Assembly: GCF_009914755.1 (NCBI RefSeq)
Contig: NC_060933.1
Reading direction: 5' to 3' (one strand)
Source of the DNA: the human T2T-CHM13v2.0 reference genome, Homo sapiens
Length of the DNA stretch: 64,000 nt
Part shown: positions 63,780 through 64,000 of the stretch, in pieces
Numbering within the stretch: position 1 is the stretch's first letter
Layout of the letters: every line of letters starts with the position of its first letter
Made by a program: the position numbers and the translations under genes
Notes under the pieces: model-generated
What the model saw: the letters and a program-made list of their open reading frames with translations, nothing else
Database searches by the model: none
What the model was told of the DNA's origin: nothing

Positions 63780-64000
63780 GTTATGACTTTTTCTCTCTGT
63801 GAATAAAAATAAGAAAACTTAAATCCCTGGAAAATTATACAGGTAAGTATTTCAGAGTGAATCTTCTTGTTCCATTTTGTGCCCTCCATCTTTCCCAGAA
63901 AAAATGCAAAATATTTTCACTACAGTGGAAGGCAATCTTTGCCTCCCACCTAATTTCTTAAGATAAATAATAAAAAAAGATGAGAGCTCAGATGGAAAGT

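Noticed and set aside
63690-63850. Strong + strand donor CAG-gtaagt near 63842 with upstream acceptor-like sites
   Set aside because: Isolated consensus donors are common; no ORF or other exon evidence

Overview
Primate genomic DNA, almost certainly human: it carries an AluYa5 with an intact TSD. The window is AT-rich, repeat-dense and intronic or intergenic, and I recognise no cellular protein-coding gene. The long ORFs come from L1 (ORF1, ORF2, ORF0), a decayed Hsmar2 mariner transposase, Alus or a low-complexity trinucleotide array. The main structure (4.7-7.1 kb) is an old fold-back inverted duplication with ~460-bp arms, ~91% identical by hand count. Its loop holds an AluSp inserted at the inversion junction, whose tail has grown into a ~570-bp compound GAA/GCA/GAG array with an internal ~138-bp higher-order duplication. 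Two further local template-switch duplications lie nearby (1.4/2.4-2.8 kb direct; 11.5-11.7 kb inverted). Other items: an L1PA5-like element with both ends but a ~2-kb microhomology-bounded deletion of RT; a tail-less 160-bp very young L1 patch; a nested MLT1 > L1MC > AluY/Hsmar2 stack; a repeat-poor 42.3-44.9 kb block that looks like a promoter (CCAAT, ERRE, RE1-like site, candidate minus-strand exon encoding MKACCCAFKGINLEAAKPSG); and a perfect ER6 nuclear-receptor element next to an AP-1 site at 63.7 kb. Subfamily names come from remembered consensus sequences, not a database search, and old-repeat boundaries are approximate.
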